DNA from: an uncultured Pseudomonadota bacterium
Lineage (GTDB): Bacteria; Myxococcota_A; UBA796; SXON01
Assembly (NCBI GenBank): GCA_903875225.1
Contig: CAIQVJ010000007.1
Location: forward strand, 3,802 to 67,801
Length of the DNA stretch: 64,000 bases
Direction: 5' to 3'
The notes under the pieces are model-generated. The model was given only the letters and a program-made list of their open reading frames with translations, was not told where the DNA came from and searched no databases. This document shows, piece after piece, positions 20,401 through 28,887 of this stretch. The position numbers and the translations under genes are program-made. Position 1 is the first letter of the stretch. Each line of letters opens with the position of its first letter.

Positions 20401-22258
20401 CCGGGCCCGGTGGGTTTCGGGCAGCAACCAGCTCAACACGCGGCTCTACTTCAACCGCCTGCCGCACACCACGCTGGTACAACAGCCCGACCTGTCGGGC
20501 ACGCCCGGCGCGCCCAACTCGACGCGAGTGGACGACCTGGGCCCGACCTTCGCCGACCTTCGCCAGGACGTGGCGGTGCCGGCGGCCCACCAGCCGGTGG
20601 CGGTCACGGTGTCCGCGGACGACCCCGACGGTGTGGTGTCGGTCACGCTGTGGTCGTCGGTCTCGGGAGCACCGTTCCAGGACCAGGCGATGACCGAGGT
20701 GCAGCCCGGCCACTGGGAGGCCGAGCTCAGCGGGGAGGCGGCCGGGACGATCGTGCAGATGTACGTCGAGGCGCAGGACGGCCTCGGTGCCCGCTCCACG
20801 TTCCCCGCTGCAGGACCGGACTCCCGCGCCCTCGTGAAATTCGACGACGGCCTGGCGGCCACCAACGGGCTGCACAACTTCCGGATCCTCATGACCCAGG
20901 CCGACTCGGACTGGCTGCTCGACGACGTGAACGTGATGAGCGACGATCCGATCGGCGCCACGGTGGTGTACGACGAGTCGAAGGTGTACTACGACGTGGG
21001 GGTGCGGACGAAGGGCAGTGAGCGGGGCAGGCCTGAAGTGGCGCGCCTGGGCTACGGCGTCACGTTCCACAGCGAGCAGCCGTTCCGGGGCAGCCACTCG
21101 AGCGCGCTCGTCGATCGGTCCGAGGGAGTGGGCACCGGCCAGCGCGAGGTGCTGATGAACCTCGTGATGACCCACGCGGGCTCGGTTTCCGGGGAGTACA
21201 ACGATCTCATCCAGGCGCTGACGCCACGGCGGGAGCACACGGGGCCGGCAGAGCTGCAGCTCGATCGGTTCAGCGATCTCGTGCTCTCCTCGCAGTTCGC
21301 CGAAGGGGACAGCGGGACGCTGTTCAAGTACGAGCTCATCTACTACCCGCTGACCACCGACGACGGGACGCCCGAAGGGCTCAAGCTGCCCCAGCCGGAC
21401 TCAGTGATCGGCACGCCCCTCACGGATCTCGGCGACGATCCGGAGGCCTATCGCTGGAATTTCCTCATCCAGAACAACGAGCGGGAGGATGACTACGACC
21501 GTCTGATCGACATGGACAAGACCTTCGCGCTCCCGAATTCCGACTTCCTGGCGCAGGTGGGCGCGGTGATCGACGTGGACGAGTGGCTGCGTGCCTTCGC
21601 CTTCGCGACGCTCTCGGGCGCGGTCGACAACTACGGGGGGGATGGGAGCCAGCACAACGCGCAACTGTACGTCCGGCCCGAGGACCAGCGGGTGCTGTAC
21701 TTCCCGCACGACCTCGACTACTACGGCGGCTCCTCGGGCTCGGTGGTGGCCAACGGCGACCTCCAGCGGCTGCTGCAGGACCCCGCCAACCGGAGGTCGT
21801 ACTACGGGCACCTGCAGGACATCATCGCGCGGGCCTACAACGTGGGGTACCTCGGGCGGTGGTGTGACCAGATGGGTGTGCTGCTGCCGGACCAGGACTT
21901 CGCCGGCCACTGCCGGTTCATCGACGACCGGGCGAACTGGGTGATGAACGGCTCGCCGGACGCCGTGATGACCCAGTATCCGTCCCTGGACTTCCGCATC
22001 ACGACCGGCGGGGGCACCGACTTCACCGTCGCGTCGAAGGAGGTCGTGCTCGAGGGGGAGGCCTGGATCGACGTGCGCCAGATCACGCTCGACGGCGCCG
22101 CTGCGCCCCTGGCGCTCACGTGGGTCGACGATCGGACCTGGCGGGTGACCGTGCCACTCCTGGCCGGCGCCAACGACGTGACCCTCGTCGCCACCGACCT
22201 CGAGGGCGCAGTGGTCGGCACGGACTCGATCGTCGTGACCTCCACCGCAGCTCCGTGA
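17450..22258 (+). CDS. Large lipoprotein with lamin-tail domains and a CotH kinase-like domain
   Basis: Lipobox LGAGC, repeated INE(L/I)xYH...EWIEL(H/Y)N...DLSGW lamin-tail motifs, CotH-like GVRTKGS and DNY..HN..LY...PHDLD. Confidence 0.85.
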   Translation: MHSRNATPALSAPPWLGLRTATAVITIGTLGAGCSHDPKGHTVPDDTLDTHDTPIDTGIETVPPRAAPWEREEIAAPGSITFNELLYHSATDADVEWIELHNPMALDMDLSGWSIAGGVAYTFADGTILPAGGYLVVAADPARIAGALGPYVGTLSNSGDRIDLRNNGGRLIDTIAYGTDDPWPVQADGSGLTLAKIDPDAASDHAENWTASSDLGGTPGQPNVLDPLAPPTTLDLVALDAPWTYDVSGGYPAADWAQPDYDDSAWDSGAATFFAGAAQEDAPATVRVTADNYYGVYLGQADGTDLRLVGQSDGGDWTTVESFDTTVTPQDHLYVAAWEAPTDSGGPQMTIAEVEMPSGVVGTDASSFEWVLGPTDGCPGTTPPDPPPAVEELGPWIEDADAAASWALPGVEADRTSDPWGWANSGSFTDAKFVWADTFDDPSITNTENTYALFRSKDALLGSRGTTELYAVPTTSTFRTTFSFDADPGSAELSLEYLVDDGAVFYLNGVEVLRENMPTGPVDASTLASAPVGDPSELYADIPADALVRGLNVLTVEVHQAEPDDLDLTFACALTARIAPQAAGPTILLNEIAPAAESPFWAELLDVSTSTQDTTGLVLTSSTGGELVLPAGTLASGRLLAVDDLGFPVEAGDMLYLYSADRRDLLDAVRVQDGLRGRASADEAGVGGPWRVPSEATPGAQNVVESTDDVVINEIQYHHEPHSQEGEPVTDVAEEWIELYNRGAEAVDLGGWQLVDAVGFAFPSGTVLAPDSYLVVAGDAAALREEHPDIAVVGSYSGGLGNGGDRVLLLDARGNPADEVRYFDGGRWPAAPDGGGATLELRDPRADNEAPEAWAASDESARSAWTSYSYRGAAQPSAVGPDGAWQEFVLGLLDSGEVLIDDLSVVQDPDGTPVELVQNGTFDAGSDHWRLLGNHRHSEVVPDPDDPANSVLRVVATGATEHMHNHAETTLLRPIGTRPYEVSYRARWVSGSNQLNTRLYFNRLPHTTLVQQPDLSGTPGAPNSTRVDDLGPTFADLRQDVAVPAAHQPVAVTVSADDPDGVVSVTLWSSVSGAPFQDQAMTEVQPGHWEAELSGEAAGTIVQMYVEAQDGLGARSTFPAAGPDSRALVKFDDGLAATNGLHNFRILMTQADSDWLLDDVNVMSDDPIGATVVYDESKVYYDVGVRTKGSERGRPEVARLGYGVTFHSEQPFRGSHSSALVDRSEGVGTGQREVLMNLVMTHAGSVSGEYNDLIQALTPRREHTGPAELQLDRFSDLVLSSQFAEGDSGTLFKYELIYYPLTTDDGTPEGLKLPQPDSVIGTPLTDLGDDPEAYRWNFLIQNNEREDDYDRLIDMDKTFALPNSDFLAQVGAVIDVDEWLRAFAFATLSGAVDNYGGDGSQHNAQLYVRPEDQRVLYFPHDLDYYGGSSGSVVANGDLQRLLQDPANRRSYYGHLQDIIARAYNVGYLGRWCDQMGVLLPDQDFAGHCRFIDDRANWVMNGSPDAVMTQYPSLDFRITTGGGTDFTVASKEVVLEGEAWIDVRQITLDGAAAPLALTWVDDRTWRVTVPLLAGANDVTLVATDLEGAVVGTDSIVVTSTAAP

Positions 22259-22262
22259 GACC

Positions 22263-23369
22263 ATGAGCTCGCACCTGCCGGGCGGCGCAGCACCGCCGAC
22301 GCCCCTCGCGCTCGGCCGACTGGTGTTCCTCGCGCCCGGCCTCCTGGCCCTGGTGTTCGGCCTGTGGGCCGGCCTCGGCCGCCTGGGCTGGACGGGAACG
22401 GCGAGCCCAGGCCTCGTCGCGGCGCACGGCCCGCTGATGGTGGTAGGCTTCCTGTACACCGTCATCAGCGTGGAGCGTGCCGTCGCGCTCGGTCGCTGGT
22501 GGGCCTGGGTCGGCCCCGCGCTGTGCGTGGTCGGCGCGGGCCTCGTCGCCGGGGGCATCGCCGCGGGGGCAGCGCTCGCGGCGATGGGCTCGATCGCGCT
22601 GGTCGGGGTCTTCACCGCGCTCACCCGTCAGGAGCCCACCCTGCACATGGGGATCATGTGCGCAGGTGCCGGCTGCGGGGCCATCGGAACGACAATCTGG
22701 GCCGCCGGCGCCACGGTGCCGATGGCGGTGCCCTGGTGGGAGGCCTTCATCGTGCTGACCATCGTGGGCGAACGGCTGGAGCTGGGACGCGTGCAGCGGC
22801 TCCCAGGGGCCGCCCGCTACGCGCTGGTCGCGCTCGTCGGCATCGCGCTCCTCGCGCTACCGGCGACGCACCGCGTCGATGACGCCGCCGTTCGCGGGCT
22901 CGGTTGTGTGTGGATCGGGATCGCCGTGTGGCTTGGGCGCCACGACATCGCTCGTCGTACCATCCGCACGCCGGGCCTCCCGCGCTTCGTCGCGACCGCC
23001 CTCCTGCTCGGCTACTGCTGGCTCGCCGTGGGGGGTGCCGCGATGCTCGCCTGGGGTCGCCAGAACGCCGGCCTCCCCTACGACGCCGAGATCCACGCCG
23101 TCTTCGTGGGCTTCACGCTCTCCATGGTGCTCGGGCACGCACCGATCATCTTTCCCGCCGTCCTCCGCGCCCAGGTCCCGTTTCGCACCCTGGCGTGGGT
23201 GCCGCTCGCGCTGCTGCACGCGTCGCTCCTGCTGCGGATCTTCGGCGACGTCGCGGGGCAGGGCGGCGCGCGATCGGCGGGCGGCGTGGCCGGCGTGGTT
23301 GCCTTGCTGCTGTTCCTGGCGACGACGGCGTGGGCCTTCGCTCGCCGTGGCGCACCGGGCGGGCGGTAG
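22263..23369 (+). CDS. Multi-pass membrane protein, NnrS-like
   Basis: About 11 hydrophobic segments. Conserved-looking HGPLMV, ISVERA, GERLEL, YDAEIHAVFVGF, GHAPIIFPAVL. Confidence 0.7.
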   Translation: MSSHLPGGAAPPTPLALGRLVFLAPGLLALVFGLWAGLGRLGWTGTASPGLVAAHGPLMVVGFLYTVISVERAVALGRWWAWVGPALCVVGAGLVAGGIAAGAALAAMGSIALVGVFTALTRQEPTLHMGIMCAGAGCGAIGTTIWAAGATVPMAVPWWEAFIVLTIVGERLELGRVQRLPGAARYALVALVGIALLALPATHRVDDAAVRGLGCVWIGIAVWLGRHDIARRTIRTPGLPRFVATALLLGYCWLAVGGAAMLAWGRQNAGLPYDAEIHAVFVGFTLSMVLGHAPIIFPAVLRAQVPFRTLAWVPLALLHASLLLRIFGDVAGQGGARSAGGVAGVVALLLFLATTAWAFARRGAPGGR

Positions 23370-23400
23370 CCGCAGCGGGCCCCGGGCCGCCAGGCCCGAA

Positions 23401-23895
23401 CTACAGCGCCTCGCAGCCCGCGGAGACCTCGGAGAGCTGCGAGGCGAACTCGGGGAGCTGCAGCACGTCCGCGTCGAACATGGTGCCGATCACGAGCACG
23501 TCCTCGGGGGGCAGGTCGCAGAACCCGCTGTCCACGTAGCAGCCGGCGTGGGTGGCGAAGCCCTCCTGCCACACCTCGTCGCAGGTGGCGTCCGCCGTCA
23601 CCACGTCCGCGAGGCGCTGCTGCAGGCAGGGGGAGACAGCGAGGAAGAAGGCCTGCCCGGCAGGGCTCAACTCGTACCAGACCTCCTCGAAGGAACGGTC
23701 CGCGTACTTGGCGCCGAACCCGATCGGGTACCCCTCCGCACCACAGCCGGCACCGCCGCGGAGCGTGCTGTCGAGGCACCGGTAGTAGTCCCCCTCGCGG
23801 TCCCGGATGTCGTCGGGGGTGGCCGGCGCGCACTCGGCGGGGTCAGGAGACTCCCCGCCCGAGCGGAGCGAGCAGCCGAGGAGGAGCAGGACCAT
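23401..23895 (-). CDS. Small Cys-rich lipoprotein
   Basis: MVLLLLGC lipobox, with in-frame stops 4-5 codons upstream fixing the start. CG..GYPIGFG.KY and H.GCYVDSGFC motifs. Confidence 0.75.
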   Translation of the reverse strand: MVLLLLGCSLRSGGESPDPAECAPATPDDIRDREGDYYRCLDSTLRGGAGCGAEGYPIGFGAKYADRSFEEVWYELSPAGQAFFLAVSPCLQQRLADVVTADATCDEVWQEGFATHAGCYVDSGFCDLPPEDVLVIGTMFDADVLQLPEFASQLSEVSAGCEAL

Positions 23896-23958
23896 CGGGC
23901 GCGGCTATCATGACCGCGGGCGGGTCATCCGCAGCCGGGGGAGTGCAGACAATCCCGC

Positions 23959-24939
23959 TCAGGGCACATCCGATCCCGGCGGGGGTGGGTGGCGCTCGGG
24001 CCCCCCGACCATCCCTTCCGGCACCGTCGCAGCCGGATCGATCGCCACCGCCTTGCGGAACTCCTCCCTGGCCTCGGCCGGCCGATCGAGGGTGACCAGG
24101 GCGTTTCCCCAGGCGAGGTACAGGTCCGCCCCGGCGTAGCCGTGCTCCTCAGCCAGGCCGAAAGCGACGATCGCCGCTGCAGCGTCGCCGCTCTCGACGA
24201 GCAGCGTGCCTCGTGTCATGAGCAGGCGGCCGCTCTCGGGCCGCAGGACGAGGGCCCGCGCCACCACCTCGAGCGCCACAGGCGTCTGGGCCTGCTGGAC
24301 GAGCGCCGTCGCCACGCGCACCACCACGTCCTCGTCCACGCGCAGGCCCATCGCCGCGACGGTCGCGGCGGCGGCCTCGGGCATGCGGTGGGCGTACAGG
24401 GCGTAGTTCACGAGCTGGTACGCCGAGTCGGCATCGTGGGGGTTGAGCTCCCGCGCCATCACGGCCCCGGCGAAGGCCACCTCGGGATCTCCGTAGGCGC
24501 CGGCCGTCCGGCTCAGGATCGCGTGCAGGCGCCAATCAGCGATGCCCCCGGTGGTCATGCTGTGCCAGACCGCAGCGCAGAAGCCCCAGCGGATGTCCAC
24601 CCGGACGGCGGGGTCGGAGCAGACCCCGTCGAGCAGGTTCGCGTAGGTGTCATCGCCGACGACAGGGGCCGCCCTCGCAGCCTTCACCTGCTTCTTCCAG
24701 TCGCGGCCTTCGTGCAGTGCGACGAGCCACTGGATCGCGTCCATGGCGTCCACCGTGAGCGCAAACACGTTGTTCTCCGAGTCGGCGCGTGCCACGATCT
24801 CCGGGGCGAGAGGGGCGAGGGGGCCGGAGAGGTGGGTCAGCGCCAGCTGGAACGCGGCGGCCTCTTCCGCCTCGTCCGCGGGGTCTGCGGCGCGGGCCGA
24901 CGAGAGGAACAACGCAAGGGCAACGAGGGAGGTCGTCAT
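23959..24939 (-). CDS. Secreted TPR-repeat protein
   Basis: Signal MTTSLVALALFLSSARA. C-terminal TPR-like helices (LYLAWGNALVTLDRPAEAREEFRKAVAIDP). Confidence 0.75.
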   Translation of the reverse strand: MTTSLVALALFLSSARAADPADEAEEAAAFQLALTHLSGPLAPLAPEIVARADSENNVFALTVDAMDAIQWLVALHEGRDWKKQVKAARAAPVVGDDTYANLLDGVCSDPAVRVDIRWGFCAAVWHSMTTGGIADWRLHAILSRTAGAYGDPEVAFAGAVMARELNPHDADSAYQLVNYALYAHRMPEAAAATVAAMGLRVDEDVVVRVATALVQQAQTPVALEVVARALVLRPESGRLLMTRGTLLVESGDAAAAIVAFGLAEEHGYAGADLYLAWGNALVTLDRPAEAREEFRKAVAIDPAATVPEGMVGGPERHPPPPGSDVP

Positions 24940-25084
24940 GAGCGCACCGTGTGGGCTGCCGGCCGGGACGGCGCGGACGGTGGGCCACGACGCGCGAGTA
25001 TAGTCCCTCGGACGTCGGGCACCGGGCGGATCTTCGTCGGTTCTGGTGGCGCCTTGCGCGAAATCGTGGGATCCTGCAGGCCAC

Positions 25085-26056
25085 ATGAGCGCCCCGATGC
25101 ATCTCCTCCGCTTTGCGCTTCCGTCCCTCCTCCTCGGTTGCTCTGCCGCCACCATCCGGTTCGGCACGGACAGTGGTCGGCCGGATCTCAACTCCGATGC
25201 AGACACCGACGCGGATGCCGACGCCGACTCGGACTCGGACTCGGACGCCGACACCGACACGGACGCCGACTCGGACTCCGACGCCGACACGGACACCGAC
25301 ACCGACACCGACTCGGACACCGACACCGACTCGGACACCGACACGGGCCCCGTGCTCGACCCCACCAGCTGCGCCGACGTGCTCGCTGCCCACCCGTCCT
25401 CGGCCTCCGGCGTGTACGCGATCGATCCCGACGGCACGGGCCCGAACCCGCCCTTCAACGTGCTGTGCGACATGGACACGGACGGCGGTGGCTGGACGCT
25501 CTGGTGGTGGTTCAACGCCGATGGGACCGTCGACTGGCGCTCGGTCCACGACGTGCTCGGCTCCAACCTCGCGGACTGCGATCCCGCTGCGGATTCCTGC
25601 TTCGCCCACATCCCCGATCCCTCGGCATCGGAGCTGCGCGCCACCGACGGCACGGACTGGGCCACCTGGCAATTCGACGCGAGCAACACCACGAGCGCCC
25701 GTGCCTACGCCGCGTTCGTGAACCGGACGACCTCGGTCTACCAGCTCGATCTGCACCTCGACGCCTGGAACCCGGTCCGCCAGAGCTCGGTCAGCCCGCG
25801 GTTCACCGATCCCTTTGCCTGTGACTCCGATCGGGACATCGCCTCGGACGGCGACTGTCGCAACTTCTGGTACGCGGATGCACGCGGGCCGTACGGCACC
25901 GTCCGCTCGTTCAACCTCGACGACGATGGCGGCTACGGACAGACGGCGTTCGCGGGCGGCACCGACAACGCAGGTGCGGACGTCGGATGCGACTTCTTCG
26001 AGCAGTCGTTGTCCTACACGGACGGCACCTGCACCGGCGCCTTGTACTACCGCTAG
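25085..26056 (+). CDS. Lipoprotein with Asp-rich D-x repeat and fibrinogen-like domain
   Basis: Lipobox LLLGC. SCADV...SGVYAIDPDG...VLCDMDTDGGGWTL is the start of a fibrinogen-like domain. Confidence 0.8.
   Translation: MSAPMHLLRFALPSLLLGCSAATIRFGTDSGRPDLNSDADTDADADADSDSDSDADTDTDADSDSDADTDTDTDTDSDTDTDSDTDTGPVLDPTSCADVLAAHPSSASGVYAIDPDGTGPNPPFNVLCDMDTDGGGWTLWWWFNADGTVDWRSVHDVLGSNLADCDPAADSCFAHIPDPSASELRATDGTDWATWQFDASNTTSARAYAAFVNRTTSVYQLDLHLDAWNPVRQSSVSPRFTDPFACDSDRDIASDGDCRNFWYADARGPYGTVRSFNLDDDGGYGQTAFAGGTDNAGADVGCDFFEQSLSYTDGTCTGALYYR
25196..25345 (+). repeat. Coding 6-bp tandem repeat: 25 x (Asp-Ala/Ser/Thr)
   Basis: GAC-ACC/GAC-TCG/GAC-GCC units translate to DADTDADADADSDSDS...DTDT. 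Confidence 0.95.
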
Positions 26057-26085
26057 GACCGCGCCCCGCCGGTTATGGGTGTCAG

Positions 26086-26670
26086 ATGGCCACCTTTCCG
26101 CCCGAGACCCTCGCCTTCCTCTCCGACCTCGCCGCTCACAACGACAAGGCCTGGTTCGATGCCAACCGGGATCGGTACGAGCGCTGGTACCTCGGCGTCG
26201 GTCGCGAATTCATGGCCACGCTCGCCGGGCACCTCGGCATGCCGGGCAAGATGATGCGCATCTTTCGCGACGTGCGCTTCTCGAAGGAGAAGACGCCCTA
26301 CAAGCCCCACCTCGACGTGTGGTTCACCGAATCGGAGGGGTGGGGACCGGGCCTGTTCGCGCGGCTCGAGCCCACGAGCTTCCTCGTCGGCATGGGCTGT
26401 CACGACTTCGACAAGGACGCCCTCGCAAAGTATCGAAAGGCGGTGGTGGAGGACGGCGACGCCCTGAGGACTGCGCTCACCGGCCTCCATCCGGGCGGCC
26501 AGACGCTCAAGCGGGTGCCCAGGGGCCTCCCCGACGATCCACTGCTCCTGCACACGAGCCTTCACGTCCAGGAGCGCGGGCCCGTTCCCGACGATGCAGT
26601 CGCCGCCACGCTCGCGGCAGTGAAGCGGTTCTCGCCCGTCTACGCCTGGCTCAAGACCCACGTCGGGTGA
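26086..26670 (+). CDS. DUF2461 family protein
   Basis: FLSDLAAHNDKAWFDANRDRYE, RIFRDVRFSKEKTPYK, LKRVPRG. Confidence 0.9.
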   Translation: MATFPPETLAFLSDLAAHNDKAWFDANRDRYERWYLGVGREFMATLAGHLGMPGKMMRIFRDVRFSKEKTPYKPHLDVWFTESEGWGPGLFARLEPTSFLVGMGCHDFDKDALAKYRKAVVEDGDALRTALTGLHPGGQTLKRVPRGLPDDPLLLHTSLHVQERGPVPDDAVAATLAAVKRFSPVYAWLKTHVG

Positions 26671-26684
26671 TATGACCGGCCGGT

Positions 26685-27323
26685 TCAGCGCCAGATGGTG
26701 TTCCCGTTCTGGAAGGTGTCCACCCAGACGATCTCGCAGGCTCCACCGCCGGTGTCCTCCCGGCTCGTGCTCGAGTGGGCCAGGGGTTGCCAGGCCGAGT
26801 CGAGGATGGTGACCAGGTAGCCCTCGATCGCCACGAGATCCCCCTTTCTGGCCCAGCGCACGGCCCTGTCGATCGCGGAGTGCCCCTCCGCCGGGATGAT
26901 GTGTTGGTTGCCGACGTGGGTGGTCACGTCCAGGCGATCGGCCTCGGACACCGGGCTGTCACTGCGCCAGAAGAGCCAACGATGATCCTGATCGAAGGTG
27001 TACTTTTCCTTCAAGCTGGGCACGTGGTCGCCCCACGCCAGGCCGATGTCCACGTCGAAGAACTCGTTCGTGAAGGCCAGGGAGTAGGTGGAGGCGGACA
27101 GGACCTCCCCGACCACCCGGTAGTGGTGGGTCTTCTGGATGTGGAACGTCTTGCCGTCCCGCTCGATGGTCACGGCCTCGGGCTTCTCGAGCTCCTCCTG
27201 GACCGGCTCGGCGCCGAGCGCCACGGGAGCGACCTTCACCCCGCCCGTCGGGCAGCCGCGAAAGCCGCGAAACGTGTACAGCACACCGATGACGACGAGC
27301 ACGAGCGGGAGGTAGCGGCGCAC
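26685..27323 (-). CDS. Membrane-anchored conserved hypothetical protein
   Basis: GTG start preceded by TACGCT-N6. N-terminal TM, DIGLAWG, NQHIIPA, SSTSREDTGGGACEIVWV. Confidence 0.75.
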   Translation of the reverse strand: MRRYLPLVLVVIGVLYTFRGFRGCPTGGVKVAPVALGAEPVQEELEKPEAVTIERDGKTFHIQKTHHYRVVGEVLSASTYSLAFTNEFFDVDIGLAWGDHVPSLKEKYTFDQDHRWLFWRSDSPVSEADRLDVTTHVGNQHIIPAEGHSAIDRAVRWARKGDLVAIEGYLVTILDSAWQPLAHSSTSREDTGGGACEIVWVDTFQNGNTIWR

Positions 27324-27404
27324 GGCCACAGCGTATCGCGGAGGGGGGCGTGGACCCGGGGCCCGCTCCGGTGGGCTGCCGGATACACTCGCGTGGAGGT
27401 GCCC

Positions 27405-27767
27405 ATGCCCGGTCAGGTCCACCACGCGGCCGAGGTCGATTTCGCCATGGTCTGGCGTGACGGTTCGTTGTTCGGGCGCGATGGGCTCACACCCCTGCTG
27501 ACCAAGCGAGCGAACGGCTGGGCGCTGGGCAACCAGGCCTCCGTGACCTGGCGGATGCAGGGCAACACGCTCTTCCGGGCGCCATCCTCCGCGCCGTTCT
27601 GCCGGATCGTCCAGGGCCAGATCCTCCGGGGCAGCAGCTACGACGTGCTCTACCGGCACGTGGGCGACGGGCTCACCCGGGGGGCGAGCCGCGGCGTGGT
27701 GGTTCGGGGCGAGGGGTTGACAGCAGAAGAGCTGCTCCTCGCGGCGGTTGTGCTCGACAAGGTCTGA
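27405..27767 (+). CDS. Hypothetical protein
   Basis: GGAGG RBS and TACACT -10-like hexamer upstream. Coding-like codon usage. Confidence 0.6.
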   Translation: MPGQVHHAAEVDFAMVWRDGSLFGRDGLTPLLTKRANGWALGNQASVTWRMQGNTLFRAPSSAPFCRIVQGQILRGSSYDVLYRHVGDGLTRGASRGVVVRGEGLTAEELLLAAVVLDKV

Positions 27768-27800
27768 CACGGGGGCGCCCGTCGTGGACCGCCCCCTGTC
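27766..27800 (+). terminator. GC-rich hairpin after stop codon (possible terminator, no U-tract)
   Basis: GACA-C-GGGGGCG ... CGCCCCC-TGTC. Confidence 0.35.
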
Positions 27801-27818
27801 GGTGCTTACGATCTGGCC

Positions 27819-28820
27819 ATGTCTCCCGGGCTCCCCCTACTCGCGCTGATGTGGCTCTGCGGCGCCCTGTCGACGCCCGCTCGTGCCTACGAGACAGACC
27901 AGATCACCGATCGACTCGTGGAGCTGCAGGACTCCGGGATCGTCGCGGACGATGAGGTGGACCGCATCCTCGCGGCTGCTCTGGAGCAGACGAACCGGCA
28001 GACCGGCTGCCACTCCAGCGTGAAGGAGACCCGCCGACTGCTCGCCGAGAGCATCTACGACATCGCCTCCTTTCCCACCTACGTGCACGGGCGGGGCGAG
28101 CTCGCAGGCCTGGGCTACGGGGCCTACGCGGCCTGGCTCGAGACCGACGCGCGCGTCGACCGCCGCCCGTTCGTGAAATTCGGCGACATCTACGACCTGC
28201 TGCGCCCCACCGACTCGCTGGTCCTGGGAACGGTCGGGGTGTGCAGCACCATCCACCTCGCCGGGATCCTGATGGGTACCGACAAGCCCGACCACTTCTG
28301 GTCCCAGGGGTACGAGTACTTCCTGGCCTCCCGGCGAGGGCGCGCGGACGAGCGGGCGATGCGTTGGGGAACGCTTAGTGAGCGGGGCCAGTACGGGCTC
28401 GCGACCTCGGGGGTGTTCAGCTATGCCGACCTCGCCGCGAACTGGGAGGGCTACCAGTTCTACAAGGCGCTGCTCACCGAGGACAGCCCGCTCGAGCTCG
28501 GGGAGGACGGTTGCGTGGTGCAGACCCGACCGTTCCGTTGGGTCGATTGGATCACCGACGCGGTGGACGAAGCGGTGAATCCACCCAACTACGGGAAGGT
28601 GGTGCGGGCCGCAGTGCAGGAGCGACTCCTGTCGGAGCGGGACAACGTCTGCCAGGCCTACACCACGTGGGGCCCCGAGGTGATGCGCCGCAGGGCGCAG
28701 GTTGTGGCAGAGCAGGCGTCGCAACTTGTCCCCACCACCCCGCCCCGGCTGGACGAGTGGCAGTTGGACAGCCTGTGCAAGGGCTACGAAAGCACGAACA
28801 CCGTGAGCAGGACGAGGTAG
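27819..28820 (+). CDS. Secreted conserved hypothetical protein
   Basis: Signal peptide ending ARA-YETDQ. Motifs GTDKPDHF and GVFSYADLAANWEG. TACGAT-N6-ATG. Confidence 0.75.
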   Translation: MSPGLPLLALMWLCGALSTPARAYETDQITDRLVELQDSGIVADDEVDRILAAALEQTNRQTGCHSSVKETRRLLAESIYDIASFPTYVHGRGELAGLGYGAYAAWLETDARVDRRPFVKFGDIYDLLRPTDSLVLGTVGVCSTIHLAGILMGTDKPDHFWSQGYEYFLASRRGRADERAMRWGTLSERGQYGLATSGVFSYADLAANWEGYQFYKALLTEDSPLELGEDGCVVQTRPFRWVDWITDAVDEAVNPPNYGKVVRAAVQERLLSERDNVCQAYTTWGPEVMRRRAQVVAEQASQLVPTTPPRLDEWQLDSLCKGYESTNTVSRTR

Positions 28821-28857
28821 CTCCGCGTCGGGTTCGGCCAGCGGCTACATTGCCGGG

Positions 28858-28887
28858 ATGCTGACCCTCCTCGGTCGTGTCCCATGA
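28858..28887 (+). CDS. Putative leaderless uORF (MLTLLGRVP) coupled to the downstream glycosyltransferase
   Basis: TACATT(28846-51)-N6-ATG. Its TGA overlaps the downstream ATG as ATGA. Confidence 0.45.
   Translation: MLTLLGRVP

Noticed and set aside
12913-21021. Very long antisense or alternate-frame ORFs (e.g. 12913-15189, 14462-17335, 17480-20260, 17737-21021)
   Set aside because: Typical shadow ORFs of high-GC coding DNA: Arg/Pro/Gly-rich and without motifs.
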